Assembly: GCF_000315625.1 (NCBI RefSeq)
Contig: NW_005434621.1
Span: 197,345-261,344 of the forward strand
DNA length: 64,000 nucleotides
Reading direction: 5' to 3'
Source: Guillardia theta CCMP2712
Taxonomy: Eukaryota; Protista; Cryptophyta
Shown here one piece after another: positions 41,001 through 56,505 of this stretch; the stretch's first letter is position 1, and every line of letters begins with the position of its first letter. The notes under the pieces are model-generated. The model did no database searches, was not told where the DNA came from, and saw nothing but the letters and a program-made list of their open reading frames with translations. The translations under genes were made by a program, and so were the position numbers.

Positions 41001-44000
41001 GGCAGGAAAGGGTTTCGTGGACTCAGCCGACAACCTTTGGAAGTATTTCCGAGATAGGGCGAGAAACAATCTGCACGTGGTCTTGTGCATGTCTCCGGTG
41101 GGAGATTTGCTTTCAAGTCGCTGCAGGAAATTCCCTGGGCTTATCAACTGCACGACTGTCGATTGGTTCCTTGCATGGCCGGAACAAGGATTGAGAGATG
41201 TGTCAGAGTCGCTCATCGGCAGGTTCGACATGGCGTCCACAGCTGAAGTGAAAGCTGCTGTCATCAATCACATGGGAACGGTTCATAAGATAGTTCAAGA
41301 TGCAACTCTTGAATACTTCCAGAAGTTTCGAAGGAATGTGTATGTCACCCCTAAATCTTACTTGTCATTCATCAAGAGCTACACAGACGTCTACAAACGA
41401 GAGAAAGACAAGGTAGACGTGTTGAAAATCAAGATCGACAATGGTCTTGAGAAGCTCTTCCAAGCACAAGATGATGTCAAGAAAATGAAAGTGGAATTGG
41501 CGGCCGCTGAGGTTGTTCTGGCAGACTCTGTAAAGAAGTCATCAGAGCTCATGAAGGAGATTTCAGTAGCCACGCAGGCAGCAGAAAAGGTTAAATCCTC
41601 TGCCAAGGAGATTGCAGATGCTGCCAATGAGAAAGCTACAACGATTGGAGCTGAGAAGGCTGAGGTCGAACGAGATCTCGAAGCGGCAAAGCCGGCCTTG
41701 CTTGAGGCAGAAGACGCCTTGAAGGCAATCAAACCTGACGACATCAAGAACCTCAAGAGCTTGAAGAACCCGCCTGTTGTCATCAAGATCATCTTCGATG
41801 GCGTGTTGATCCTTAGACGCAGACAGATGGGAGTGAACTGCTACAAGGATAACTATTCGGAAGCCTCCAAGATGATGAACGAATCATCCTTCCTCGCAGA
41901 TCTGCAGAACTTCCCCAAAGAAAGCATCACTGACGAAGATTGTGAGCTCCTCGCACCGTATATCCACCATCAGCTCTTCACAGAGGAGATGGCGGCAAAG
42001 GCTTCTGGCCTTGCTGTAGGTCTTTGCAAGTGGGTGAAAGCGATGGAGACGTATCACATGATCGCCAAGGTTGTGATACCCAAGATGGATGCGCTGAGGC
42101 TCAAGGAGGCTGAGTTGGCCACTGCTATGAAGAAGCTGGCAGCTGCAGAGGCTGAGCTGGAGAAAGCTCAGAGCGAGACAGACAAGCTGCAACAGAAGTT
42201 CGATGAAGCCATGTCAGAGAAGCAACGGCTGCAGGAAGAGGCTGATACCACCAAGAGAAAGATGGATGCTGCTACTCAGCTCCTCAACGGCTTGGCCGGA
42301 GAACGAGACCGATGGACTCAGCAGTCTGCTGATTTTGCAGATCAGATAGCAAGGTTGGCTGGTGACAGCGCCATCGCCTGTGGGTTCATGTCGTACACGG
42401 GGCCTTTCAACAAGACCTTCCGAGATCTTCTCTTGGGCACGCTCTTCCTCGAAGACATCATGTCCAAGAACATCCCTGTGACGAAGAACCTCTCTGTTAC
42501 CACCATGCTCACAGATGAAGCCACAACTGGCCAGTGGAATCTCCAGGGACTCCCTACCGATGATCTGTCGATCCAGAATGGTATCCTGACCACCACGGCT
42601 TCGAGATATCCTCTCATGGTGGATCCCCAAGGTCAGGGCTTGACTTGGATCAAGAACAAAGAATCGAGCAACGATTGTAAAGAAACTAGCTTCGTCGACA
42701 AGATGTTCAGGACACATCTCGAAGACTGCATGTCCTACGGCAAGCCTCTTCTGCTCGCGAATGTCGAAGAAGAACTGGATCCAGTTCTAGATCCCGTTCT
42801 CGACAAGGCATTCCAAAGGAAAGGCAAGGGATACATCGTGGCTCTAGCCGACAAAGAATGCGATGTCGAACCGGAAAAGTTCAAACTGTACGTGACCACC
42901 AGGCTTGCGAACCCTCACTTCACTCCCGAGTTGTCTGCAAAGGTGACGGTCATCGATTTCACTGTTACGATGAAGGGGCTCGAAGACCAGCTGCTAGATC
43001 GTGTCGTTCAGTTCGAGAAACCTGAGCTGCAGACAGAGCGAACAAAGTTAAAGACGGAAGTGAATGATTACAAGGCTAAGATCATGGAGCTTCAAGATGA
43101 CCTGCTTTATCGTCTAGCAAACTGCGAGGGATCCTTGTTGAACGACGAGGACATCATTGACGTGCTCAACATCACCAAGAAGACTTCTGCGGAAGTGACG
43201 GAGAAGTTGAAGAACGCGGGCGAGGCTGAAGAAAGGATCCGCGCAGCTTGTGAGGAGTATCGTCCCATCGCTGCCCGGGGATCAATCATCTACTTCTTGA
43301 TCGCAGAGATGAGCGTTGTGAACCCCATGTACAACACGTCTCTCGCTCAGTTCATCCAGGTGTTCCAGCTCTCCATGGTCCAGTCAGAGAAGGCTGCCAT
43401 CCCAGCCAAGAGGATCACCAACGTGGTGGAGGAGTTGACGTTCCGAACCTTCCTGTACGTCTGCAGAGGCTACATGGAGATCCACAAGAAGATCTACACG
43501 CTGCTCCTTGCGCTGAAGCTGCAGCTGCAGGCCGAGCTCATCAACCAGGATCACTTCTCCTGCTTCGTGAAGGGCGGAGCGGCCCTCGACATCAACGCCG
43601 TGAAGAAGAAGCCCAAGGAGTGGATCCCCGACCAGGTCTGGCTCAACATCATCCAGCTGAGCATGTCGATCCCATTGTTCAAGGAGCTCGCTGACATTGT
43701 GACTCGCAACGAGAGCCTGTGGAAGCAGTGGTACGACCAGGAGGCCCCCGAGGCCGTCCCTGTCCCCGACATCGACGACCGACTCGACAAAGTGAACAAG
43801 ATGCTGCTAGTGCGAAGCATCCGAACCGACCGAACGATGATCAGTGCTGAAGAGTACATAGAAGAGGCGATCGGGAAGAAGTTCACCGACACTTACCCCC
43901 TCAATCTCGAGCAGACCCATCAGGATATCTGCGAGCTCGTGGACAGCCCAGAGCGCGTTCCCGTCATCTTCGTCTTGACTCCCGGGTCCGATCCGACTGA

Positions 44001-45741
44001 GCTTGTGATCGCGCTGGCCAAGAAGAAGAAGAAGGAGGTGCTCTCGGTCTCCATGGGCCAGGGTCAGGAGATCGTTGCCCGACGATACATCGAGCAGTGT
44101 GTGGCCAACGGTGGTTGGGTGCTGCTGCAGAACACCCACTTGGGGCTCAAGTACCTGGTGGAGCTCGAGCAGACCATCGGCAAGCTCGAGGAGATCGAGT
44201 CTGAGTTCAGGGTGTGGATCACAGCAGAACCTCACAACGGCATCCCCATCGGCCTCCTCCAGATGTCCATCAAGATCACCAACGAAGCTCCTGTCGGCAT
44301 GCGCGCAGGCATGAAGAGGTCGTACGCCTGGATCACCCAAGACACCCTGGATGCTGTTCCTCGCATCGAGTGGCGAACGCTGCTCTGGGTCCTGTGTCAC
44401 CTACACAGCGTGGTGCAGGAGAGGAGGAAGTTTGGAGCCATCGGCTGGACGGTCCCTTATGAGTTCAACCAGTCTGACCTGAGCGCCTGCACCAACTTCC
44501 TGCAGAATCATATCCTGGACATGGACGCTAAGAAAGCCAAGGAGGTGACATGGTCCACAGTCCGGTACATGATCGCTGAGATCCAGTACGGAGGAAGGAT
44601 CACCGATGACTGGGATAGGAGGCAGATGAACACTTTTGCTGAGAAGTTCTTCTGCAACGCCGTGCTCGAGCCCAACTACAGCTTCCTCAAGGGCTACACC
44701 ATCCCGCAGGGGACGGACATTAACTTGTTTCGGGAGCACGTTAACTCCTACCCGGCGACTGACAGCCCTGAGGTGTTCGGTCTCAACATGAACGCCGATC
44801 TTGTCTTCAGAGTCGACAACGCCGAGAAGGTGTTTGCAACTATCCTTGAGACACAACCCAAGGGCGGCGGCGGTGGCAGTGGCAAGTCGAGGGAGGAGGT
44901 TGTGACCGAGCTGTGCAAAGACCTTCTCTCCAAGTTGCCGGCTAACTTCAACATGAACGAGATCAAGTCCTCGTTGAAGAAGGCCGGGGAAAGCAAGCCC
45001 GTCAACATCTCCCTTCGGCAGGAGATCGACGTGTTGCAGAAGGTGATGACAGTCGTCCGCAGCACTCTCAATAACTTGCAGCTTGCGATCGACGGCACCA
45101 TCGTTATGTCGGACGACCTTGCCTCTGCTCTCGACTCGCTCTCCAACGCCAAGGTTCCCCCCACGTGGCTGCGAGGCGCCTGGTTCTCCCCTACCGTCGG
45201 CATTTGGTTTCAGAGCCTGATCAACCGCTTCGAGCAGTGGGATAGGTGGATCAAGGGCGGCCGACCCAAATCCTACTGGCTTCCCGGCTTCACCAACGGC
45301 CCAGGTTTCCTGACGGCCTGCCGCCAGGAAGTGACCCGATCGCATTCGGGCTGGGCCCTCGATGACGTGGCAGTGTTCACCGAGGTGACCAAGCACGACC
45401 CTGAGGACGTGAAGGAGTCGCCATCGGAGGGAGTCTACATCCATGGAATGTACCTCGACGGGTGCGGATGGAGCAAGAAGGAGAGCAAACTGGTAGAGGC
45501 TCCTCCTAAGATCCTCTTCATCCCGCTGCCTTGCATGTGGGTCACTGCCGTACAAAAGGCGAACAAGAAGGTTGACTACATGGTCTACGAGTGCCCCGTG
45601 TATGAGCGGAAAGATCCAAGGAAGCGCGGCATGACGGCTGCTCAGCCCAACTTCGTGTTCGCTCCTGAGATCAGGACTGAGGACCCACCGTCCAAGTGGA
45701 TTCTTCGCGGAGTTGCGCTCCTGACGTACTACGGAGAGTAA
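32029..45741 (+). CDS. DNAH5: Axonemal outer-arm dynein gamma-type heavy chain (Chlamydomonas ODA2 / DNAH5-8 family)
   Basis: Five introns of about 50 bp between 32197 and 32962, then one exon 32963-45741. P-loops GPAGTGKT, GPTGAGKT, GGPGVSKT and GVGGSGKQ; WGCFDEFNRI; GPVDAIWIENLNTVLDDN; tail PPVAGNLIWARQL; ends WILRGVALL. Confidence 0.97.
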
Positions 45742-45929
45742 GGGGACGATGGAGGAGAAGAAAGACGATAATGGGATAACATGTGTAGAGGATTGATTTG
45801 AATAAATGAAGTTTATCTTCCCTTGTCCTGTGAACATTCCATGTGAACAACATCCAATCATCTCGCCGCTCTCGCCTCTTGCTTTCAACCTCTCTAGTAG
45901 GGTAACAGCCAGTGACCGTGCACTCGCTC

Positions 45930-48356
<2,427 letters not shown>

Positions 48357-48419
48357 GGTCGCCACAATCGCATTGGTCGCAATCCCAACAAATTGTTTAC
48401 TCAACACTAGTTCCAAACA

Positions 48420-49135
48420 AGCCCTGACTACCCCTCTAAACTTGACCTACCCCCATGGAACACATCACTGTACCCCTCAAATACTATATGTATACCAGTC
48501 CCCAAAAGGGTCCTCGTAACACCCTACCCTACTCTTTCAACCACTACACCTACCTACCTATCATTCCGGTCTCGCCACCCGCCCCCTCAAAGGTTGCAAC
48601 AAGTCAATTTTAAGATGTGAATTTGTACCATAAAGTGATTTATATTATTATTGTTTCTATAAATAAACTAAATTATTTTATTCATAAAAGTATATTGTAT
48701 ACAAGTGTGGAAGATGGACGACCAGTGTGGATCCTTCAATAAAAATGTCATGATTTCCCAAAATTTGGTGTTTAAATTTTAAATTCTCAAAATTAATCTA
48801 TTTATTTGAAATTACATAATATAGTTTTTGACTTGTGTCTTTGTCAACGTTCTTGCGGTAAAAATCCTCTCAAGAATTCCAGAACTCGAAGTAGGGTCCC
48901 ATCAGGATTCCTTGATGAAGGGGGGTGGGGGTCCAGATCCAAAGCATGCGGGTGGGGGGTGATAGGTTATTGAAAGGGGTAGGGTACTGTGGCTATCCAA
49001 GGTGGGGTTATCTTGTAGAAAGTGGGGTGGATTTCAAGGAAGAAACAGGGGAAAGACACTGATCGTTTCCAGATGGGGTGGAAACTGCAGGGGTGGGGGT
49101 CAAGACAGGTGGGGTAGAAGTCTGGGTGGGTGGTC
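48420..49135. promoter_or_regulatory. Putative bidirectional promoter: TACCC-rich tract, AT-rich core, GGGGTA-rich tract
   Basis: Lies between the divergent PAK and Luc7 starts. The composition is read directly; the function is inferred. Confidence 0.5.
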
Positions 49136-49151
49136 AAGTCGCGGCGCGGCG

Positions 49152-51505
49152 ATGTCGAAGTCTGCGAAAGATGCGCTGGCGGCACAGCTGGACGCGCTGA
49201 TGGGGAAGGAGCGAGATGTGCCGGTAGAGAAGGTGAGAGAACAGAGACCCTCCATGCTCTCTCCTCCATGTCCCGATCCTCTCCTGTTGGACTGTCCAGC
49301 AGGCAGAGTGAGCATGTCTCGTAGCTGGTTTGGGTGTACCCTCGAACCTGGGAAGGAAGGGCAGTCACTTAGGATTTTGCTGTGCTGTTGAACACTCAGC
49401 GATAATGTTGATCATGGATGGCTGAGTAGCCTGCCTTGCATGATCAAGTGATGAGTGTGCGAAGGCAGAAAGCTGTATACACAGGCTTCCGAGCACTTGG
49501 GAAGTTGGTCCATAGGAATCAATGATCTGTGTTGCTCTGGAGAAGATCTTTATTATCGCACCCTTCACCTCCACAGCTATTTCATCTCCTTACTCATCGT
49601 CTTCCGCCAGCGCACGAACAGGAGAATAAACTTCTGGGACGATGACGTGGACAAGTATTGGATTTGCGGCTGTTCCCCGCATTTGATCCTCAGGGTTGGA
49701 TGCACCACTCAGCGAACCATGTTTGCTGATATGATGTCTGCAGAACTCTCGTTCTGATCTCGGAGTGTGGGACAAAGTGCAAGTACATAGAGTAGAGATG
49801 GGGAGCTCGAGTTTGACGAGATGAGTCTAGGATGAGGACGCCAAAGCTGCCTGGGACGTGTTGCCTCAAGAGGAGAAGGATAAATATGGATACGAGTACG
49901 AACTGATGCGGTGATAATGCTGGTTTGATCCTCGATACCATGCGCTCAATTGCACGACAGGTTCCTAGAGCAACTTGTTGCCGATTTGGACAAGTCAATC
50001 AGAAGGTGTGATTTCTCTCAGTATGACAACACAACTGAAGCTTGTTGTTTTCTGTGTTAGACACCAAGAGAAACTCAAACAGGTAAATAGTGACGATGGA
50101 TTCAATCCTCACCTCTAAGTTCTGGATTATTGCTGATGGAGCTTACATTGCCTTGATAATCTGGGGTGAGTTGTAATCGTCGTTCAGGAACAATCTGGCA
50201 AGAAGTTCAACCTTAGCAAGGAGACGCAAGCTCAGGTACTAAAGGATCTTCTTCCTGTGCTGCGCTCTAGTCTGATCAAGACGTCCGCCAAGGTTGATGC
50301 CCTCGCCCAGCAAATCAAGGAGTTGCACCAGAAGGCGCAGGTTGACTAATTGAAGGCATGTCGCGTCGAAGCATGACGACTGACTCGCTTGCTTTCTTGC
50401 TCGTTCAGGCGCTTGGTGATGAAGGAGAAGTAGATGGAAGTTTGAAGGCAATGGGGGTGAGCCAGATCATTTTTCTCCTTCCACACTACGGCCTTGTCAC
50501 TCATTTCGTGTTGGTGAACTAGGAAGTGGAAGAGCTTACCAAGCAGAAGGAGACTCTTGAAAATCCAATATTTCCTGGCAAAGAGAAGGTGATTGCAAAT
50601 TTTTTCGCCAGGGTAAAGGAAAGTGAGTCTGGTCTAGGTTATGGAAGTGTGCGAGATTTGCTGCAACTTTATGGCCAATACGGACAGTGAAGTGAGCAAC
50701 AGTATCCTTTGACGTCAAGCTTGTCATGATTCGCATGTATAGGTTCGCAAGGCGGAGCATCTTGCTGGAAAGCAACATCAGGCAAAGTCAAGTACATGCA
50801 GTATGCTTGTCTGACATGCAAGAAGGGTTGGGCTCAAATCAGGGAAAAGCTCAAGGAGCTGAGGGTATATGTGTTCAACATGTTTTGTCAGACTCTAAAT
50901 ACTCTTTTGTAGGCGATGCATGATGGAAAGGGGCCGCCGCCGCCTCCTCCGAAGAGGAAGGAAAGGGTGAGGCTATTGATGCGAGCCAACACGTGTTGTG
51001 AAAGATTTCTGGTTGAAGGAGAGGGACAATGACAGAGACCGCCGAGATCGGTAACTTACCTCTTATAAAACGATAGATCCTCTTACTCTCCCTGCTCAGT
51101 TCGCGCGAGCGCGGCAAAGACAGGTTTGAGGCGGTTCCTCTTACAGGAGGGAATTGACGAGAGTGAAGGTCTCGCGAGCGAGATAGGCACCGGGACTATC
51201 GGGACCGGTTTGTCTGCTTTTCTCTATCTTCCACCTTAACTGGTCTGCAGGGACCGACGGGATGATCGCAGAGACCGATACAGGTGGCTGACAAGATCGA
51301 TGAGCGACTCTCCTCATGCCGACTACAGGGACTATGACCGTGACCGGGACAGGAACAGGGACAGATCGAGAGAGAGGGACGGGTCTAGGGAGCGGGATCG
51401 TTCTAAGGAAAGGGACAGGTGGGTCCAGGCTGATGACAAGGTGCATGGAAGGAGCTGATGAATGTGACCAGGCACAAGGATCGCGACTACAGAGACTCTA
51501 GGTAG
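49152..51505 (+). CDS. LUC7: Luc7-like U1 snRNP protein with RS/RD-rich tail
   Basis: AQLDALMGKERD; SPHLILRNSRSDLG; ZnF2 MEVCEICCNF..EHLAGKQHQGWAQIREKLKEL; RD/RE repeats at the C-terminus. Confidence 0.88.
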
Positions 51506-51673
51506 AAATGGAGAAGTCGGTTGCGAATCGAAATTTGGTCGGCGGACTCAGAACTGAACTTGTAGACTCTCTGAACTTGTCAGATTGTCCTACTTGCGAT
51601 AATGAAGGCTTGAATGGGTATCGTGGAGCAGCATCTCATCACATGCCTGTACTCGTTACGTCTCGCAATTCTT

Positions 51674-53074
51674 TTAGGCAGCTGCCTGCATCTCTTCCTC
51701 CAGCTTCTTGTCCAGATCCCACACGCCGTGTCCAGTTCCTGCGATCCCCAACTGTTACTCGCGATCAACCCTCATGTCCTGTCCTCTCACCGACACGCTT
51801 GATCTGAGCGACGTACTCCGCCATTGTCTTGATCGCTCGCACCTGCAAGTCACAATCAGACCTTCGATCTGGGCGAGCCACGAGAGACTTTGCACGGTCT
51901 AGTCTCATCCTGCTGTAGAGCAAGCAAGAGAGGGATAGAAGAGCGAGAATCATTGATATGGTGAGGTTTCCATGCAAGAAATTTACCTGATCCCCGAGAT
52001 AGTTTTCGATCTCGTCGCAGAACTGACTGTAAGAACGACAGATCAAGGCAGATAGACAAGGGATGAAAAAGCAGAAATAGAACATGTGAAGGGATATAAA
52101 ACATGTGAAGATGATCGCATGACAGAACTTTGAGAGACTTACGGATCCTCGCACTCCGCACCAAGTGCGTGCAGATCAAGCAATTTCCGATAAACAAACT
52201 TCTCAAGCTGCCAATCCATGTAAGTCGATCAACACGAGTAGCGAGTAGTGCAGTACCATCAAAGCAAGCTCGAACGCATAGAGAGCATCCGATGTTCCGT
52301 CGACTCTGCTAAACTGCATGTCTGGGACAGCCAGCTGGCAAATTTTCGTCAGTTGTCATCAACACCACGTCGATGACAGACCGGCTTGAGAACAACTTTC
52401 CCACCACGAGTGTTCTGGTACCTGACAACAGATGAGCGCAGACGCGGGCACAGAGATAGCACATTACTTCATGAACTGCTCAGCGTGTCCCCTTTCCTCC
52501 TGCGATTGGTCCGCAAAGAATTTGGCAAATCCTGCCCTTGCGTCAGGGAAGAAGGCCTTGCATTGCGCCGCAACCTTTGAGTGCTACGGTATCGCGATCG
52601 AAGTAAGAGAAGAGAGCATGGTAGGCATACGAAGCTGTGTACTCGACGTTGATATGGTCATTGAGCGCCTATTTTGCCCAAAGGTCAGCTTGACTGCAAG
52701 CACAGGGAACCAACAACCACACCTGCTCAAGCTTGATGTCCCAGTTCACACGGCACCTGCTCTCTGGTTCGGTCTCACCCTCCTCGGGTTGAAAGACAAG
52801 ACTGCGCATCTGCGCGCAGGCTCCATCATGTTGAGCCAGTCCGAGGGGCAACTCTCACCTGATTCTCTGCATCCGAGAAGCCAACCTTGCCGAAGTCGAT
52901 GACCTGGTCGGGCTGCTCCTTCGCCGCCCTGATGCGAACTGCAGCCGGACCAGCACGTGCGAGGCTCCGCATGTTGCTTCTCGATCTCAGGAGAGCAGTA
53001 GAAGGAGCAAAGGCATCAGCCAAAGAGGCCATCGCAGCGATGGAAGCGCAGATATACGGGAGCTTGATCCACAT
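51674..53074 (-). CDS. FTN: Plastid-targeted ferritin
   Basis: Bipartite presequence ..[68 protein letters not shown]; ALQLEK; ends [19 protein letters not shown]. Confidence 0.93.
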
Positions 53075-53739
53075 GTCTGATGAACGAAGCAGTCAGGGCT
53101 CAAAGGGCTCAAAACGTATCTGTCGATTGATGGACAACAACCGCACAATCACTGGTTCAAAACATTGGGGCGGGGCCATCTAAATGCTCAGAAATGCAGG
53201 CTAGGTTTGGCCCTTCCAGAAGAAAACATGTCACAGTCAAACCACACATCACAGAGTCCAGAACATGCATCGAGATTACAAGATCGGAGAGCAAAAGAGA
53301 TGTTGTCGATGTGAAATCAACGAGCGCTCGGTTGCATCACAGGAGTCTTTCCTGAGAGAGCGTGAGGTCGCGAGGGTGGAAATGACGAGAGAAAGGAGTA
53401 GAAACGATCGTAAGCATGAAAACACAGCACACGAAGACATGTAACACTCATTATCAGCTTCAGTTGATGAGGAGAACAGAGAGGGCAGAGATGTGGGGAG
53501 AACATGTAGTTGGGGTATGACAAACTAATTGGGAATATGATCTTTGGAGGGAGCCACGGATAAGATTGAGGTTGAGGATCACTGCGTTGAATGTTGGGGA
53601 GTGAGGATTCAGAGTAAATCTGCATGAGAAGGAGAGGAGGAGGGAAGGAGGAGGTGGCATCGTCATATGGGGAAGCAACTGCATGGGCTGCTTGTGGCCC
53701 TCAAAGCCATGCGGAAGGCGAGGAGGGGTTGCGGTACTG

Positions 53740-54430
53740 TTGCAGTTGACAGCGGGGGTGGGTCAAGGTAACCGGTACATGCGAGCTCTAAATAACGGGT
53801 ACTGTGTTTCAATAGACTCGTTCTGGGGTGGTAGGGTAGTTGATGAAACATCATTTGATATGGTAGGGTAGTGGTAGAATTGTGGGGGTGGTATGATGAA
53901 AGAACCAGGTACTTTTCCTAGAGAAAAGCGTTTCTAAGTAGGGGTACTTGAGGACTTCCAGGGTAGTTCAAGATTGAAGGCGTGGGGGTAGTCGAATTTG
54001 TATGGGTAGGTGGCGTCCAAGCAACACGCAAAGAGAGAAATAGGGGGGGTGGTAGACTTAAAATTGGTTTTTCATCCATGAATACAGGAAATTGTACTGT
54101 AGTCTCAAAAAGTGTTTTTATTTACTGGAGGATAATCTAAAAATAAGTTATCAATATTTATAATATAAATAAATGTAATATGCTTTTTGTGCTTTGTAAC
54201 GATGAAACGCACTTGTAACCACTATGTAACGCAGGTAGCACCCTCCACTACCCACCCCCTTGAACATAGGTGCTCCACTTGCACCTACCCTCGACACTCA
54301 TGTTTTCATATACCCCTAACTTGTACTGTTGAGTACCCACCCTATGTAGAGTTTTGTGTTATACCCTCTGAGGCCCCCACCCAACAGTTCACCCCACCCC
54401 TTGATTCCTTACCACCCCACCACCCCTACT
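53740..54430. promoter_or_regulatory. Putative bidirectional promoter: GGGGTA-rich tract, AT-rich core, TACCCC-rich tract
   Basis: Lies between the divergent ferritin and cyclophilin starts. Confidence 0.5.
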
Positions 54431-54457
54431 ACGCTTGCGTCCCTCGGATCCTCTGCA

Positions 54458-56270
54458 ATGCGTGCCTTCCTGCTACTGGCGGCGGTTCAAGCGGTAGAAC
54501 ATGAATCCAGCCCCTCTACCCCTCTCCTCTCTCCTCCCTCTACCCCTCTCCTCCTCCTCCCTCTACCCCTCTCCTCTCTCTTCCTCCTCCCTCTACCCCT
54601 CTCTTCCTCCCTCTACCCCTCTCCTCTCCTCCTCCCTCTACCCCTCTCCTCTCTCTTCCTCCTCCCTCTACCCCTCTCCTCTCTCTCTACCCTCCCCCTC
54701 TTTCCTCCTCCCTCTACCCCTCTCCTCTCTCTCTACCCCTCTCCTCTCTCTCCTCCCTCTACTCCGCTCCTCTCTCCTCCCTCTACCCCTCTCTCCTCCT
54801 CCTATTCTCAGCTCTCCCTTAACCCCCTCGACTTTGACCTTCTCACTACTCTTCACCATAAATGTTTCCCTCTCCATGTCTATTCTATAACGTAACATCC
54901 GCTGTTTTGCTCTGTTGAAAACAAACCACGCCCCCTCTTCTCGGGCTAGTCTCTCCTCTGTCATCTTGCTTGATTTCGACGTCATATACCTGCAATGCCT
55001 CCTCCTCCTCCGCTTTCTTCTTCCATTCTCGATTTGGACTTCCATTTTTTACACGGTTCCTTGCGCCCATTCTTCGCCTCCTACCTCTTCTCCTTCGGGG
55101 TTTGAAGTCTATTCAGTTTGCTGAGGCCGTGCATACGGCTCAAACCCTGCTCTCTCGTGGTTGTTTCTTCATTCTCCTCGTGCTTCTCGTGTTGTCTGTG
55201 ATGGTATCCAACAAACCTCTTGCAGCGTGTTTGTCCTGGCTTGAGTCCTCTTCTTTGACCAGCAAACTTGCAGGTTGCTGCATCAAGCTTCTCGCTGGTG
55301 CCTTCCTCCCTCCAGAATGATCGATTGGCGAGGTTTTGTTGACCAACGAGTGGCTCCTACTCTTCTGACCCTGCATGCGCCCAGGGCTTCGTTGCAGTCT
55401 GCCTTCGCCTCTAGTTCCCCTCTGCGCCTCCGTGGAGGAGGACCGAGACCGAAGGTTAGCGTCCTCAATGATCTCCCAGTATCCTTTCTGACATTCCCCG
55501 AGGTCTTCTTTGACATCACCATCGGCGGCAAGTCGGAAGGCAGGATTGTGATGGAACTCTTCGCGGATGTAGTGGTGAGTGGACTGCTGCAGTGCTCAGC
55601 ACTACTGATGAGTTGTGATCTCGAACAGCCGAAGACTGCTGAGAACTTCCGCTCCCTGTGTACCGGAGAGAAAGGAATGGGCAAGCTTGGCAAGGCTCTT
55701 CACTACAAGGGGAGCAAGTTCCACCGAGTGATCTCCGGTTTCATGTGCCAGGTGCTCAGACCATCCGAGGTCAACGGCGTCGTGGTTGTTGCTGACGACA
55801 TTTAGGGTGGAGACTTCACCAGAGGCGACGGACGTGGAGGAGAGTCGATCTATGGTGAGAAGTTCGCCGACGAGAACCTCAACCACAAGTTCAAGCACTC
55901 TGGTACTTTACTGCACCCGATAGCTCTTCTTTGAGTCAAGCCTTTTTTTTTAGGCCCGGGCATTCTCTCCATGGCCAACGCTGGGCCCGACACCAACGGA
56001 TCGCAGTTCTTCATCACCACCGTGCCAACCCCTCACCTGGACGGACGTCATTGCGTGTTCGGCAAGGTTCGAAGAGCTACGGCCGATTCGCTTCTGTGGG
56101 TGAACTCGGAGCAGGTTGTGGACGGCATGGACGTCGTTTCCAAGATCGAGTCGAACCCCACCAGCCGAGGAGATGCCCCGGTACTCGTTGTTGAAGCCTG
56201 TCGGGTGTGATCTGAAAGCTTCGCACAGGTCAAGGAGGTTGTGATTGCTGACTGCGGACAGATCGAGTAG
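54458..56270 (+). CDS. Cyclophilin (PPIase) with a hydrophobic presequence ending in LRLRGG; first exon uncertain
   Basis: [96 protein letters not shown]. Confidence 0.92.
54510..54795. repeat. Degenerate (CTCTACCCCTCTCCT)n pyrimidine minisatellite, probably intronic
   Basis: Read directly from the sequence. Confidence 0.85.
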
Positions 56271-56505
56271 AGGGCTGCTTGTTCTGGGAGCTAGGAGCAT
56301 GAGGGTGCAGTAAACCACTCGTGTCTTCTAGTGTTTTATGCGATTCTTTGATTATCGAAAGCGTCTGGGTGATTTCTCAATCATCCCTCGTCGTCTCGCG
56401 TACGTTCTGAGCGGTTAGAGCACAGATGAGCGCGCTATACAGGCAGTGAGTGGTGGGCCATCATGGCATACGAGTCGAAATTCTCCGATCCAGCAGGTTA
56501 AGTTC

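Noticed and set aside
54510-54795. Interstitial telomere repeat
   Set aside because: The unit is an irregular CT-rich minisatellite that does not match a TTAGGG/TTTAGGG array.
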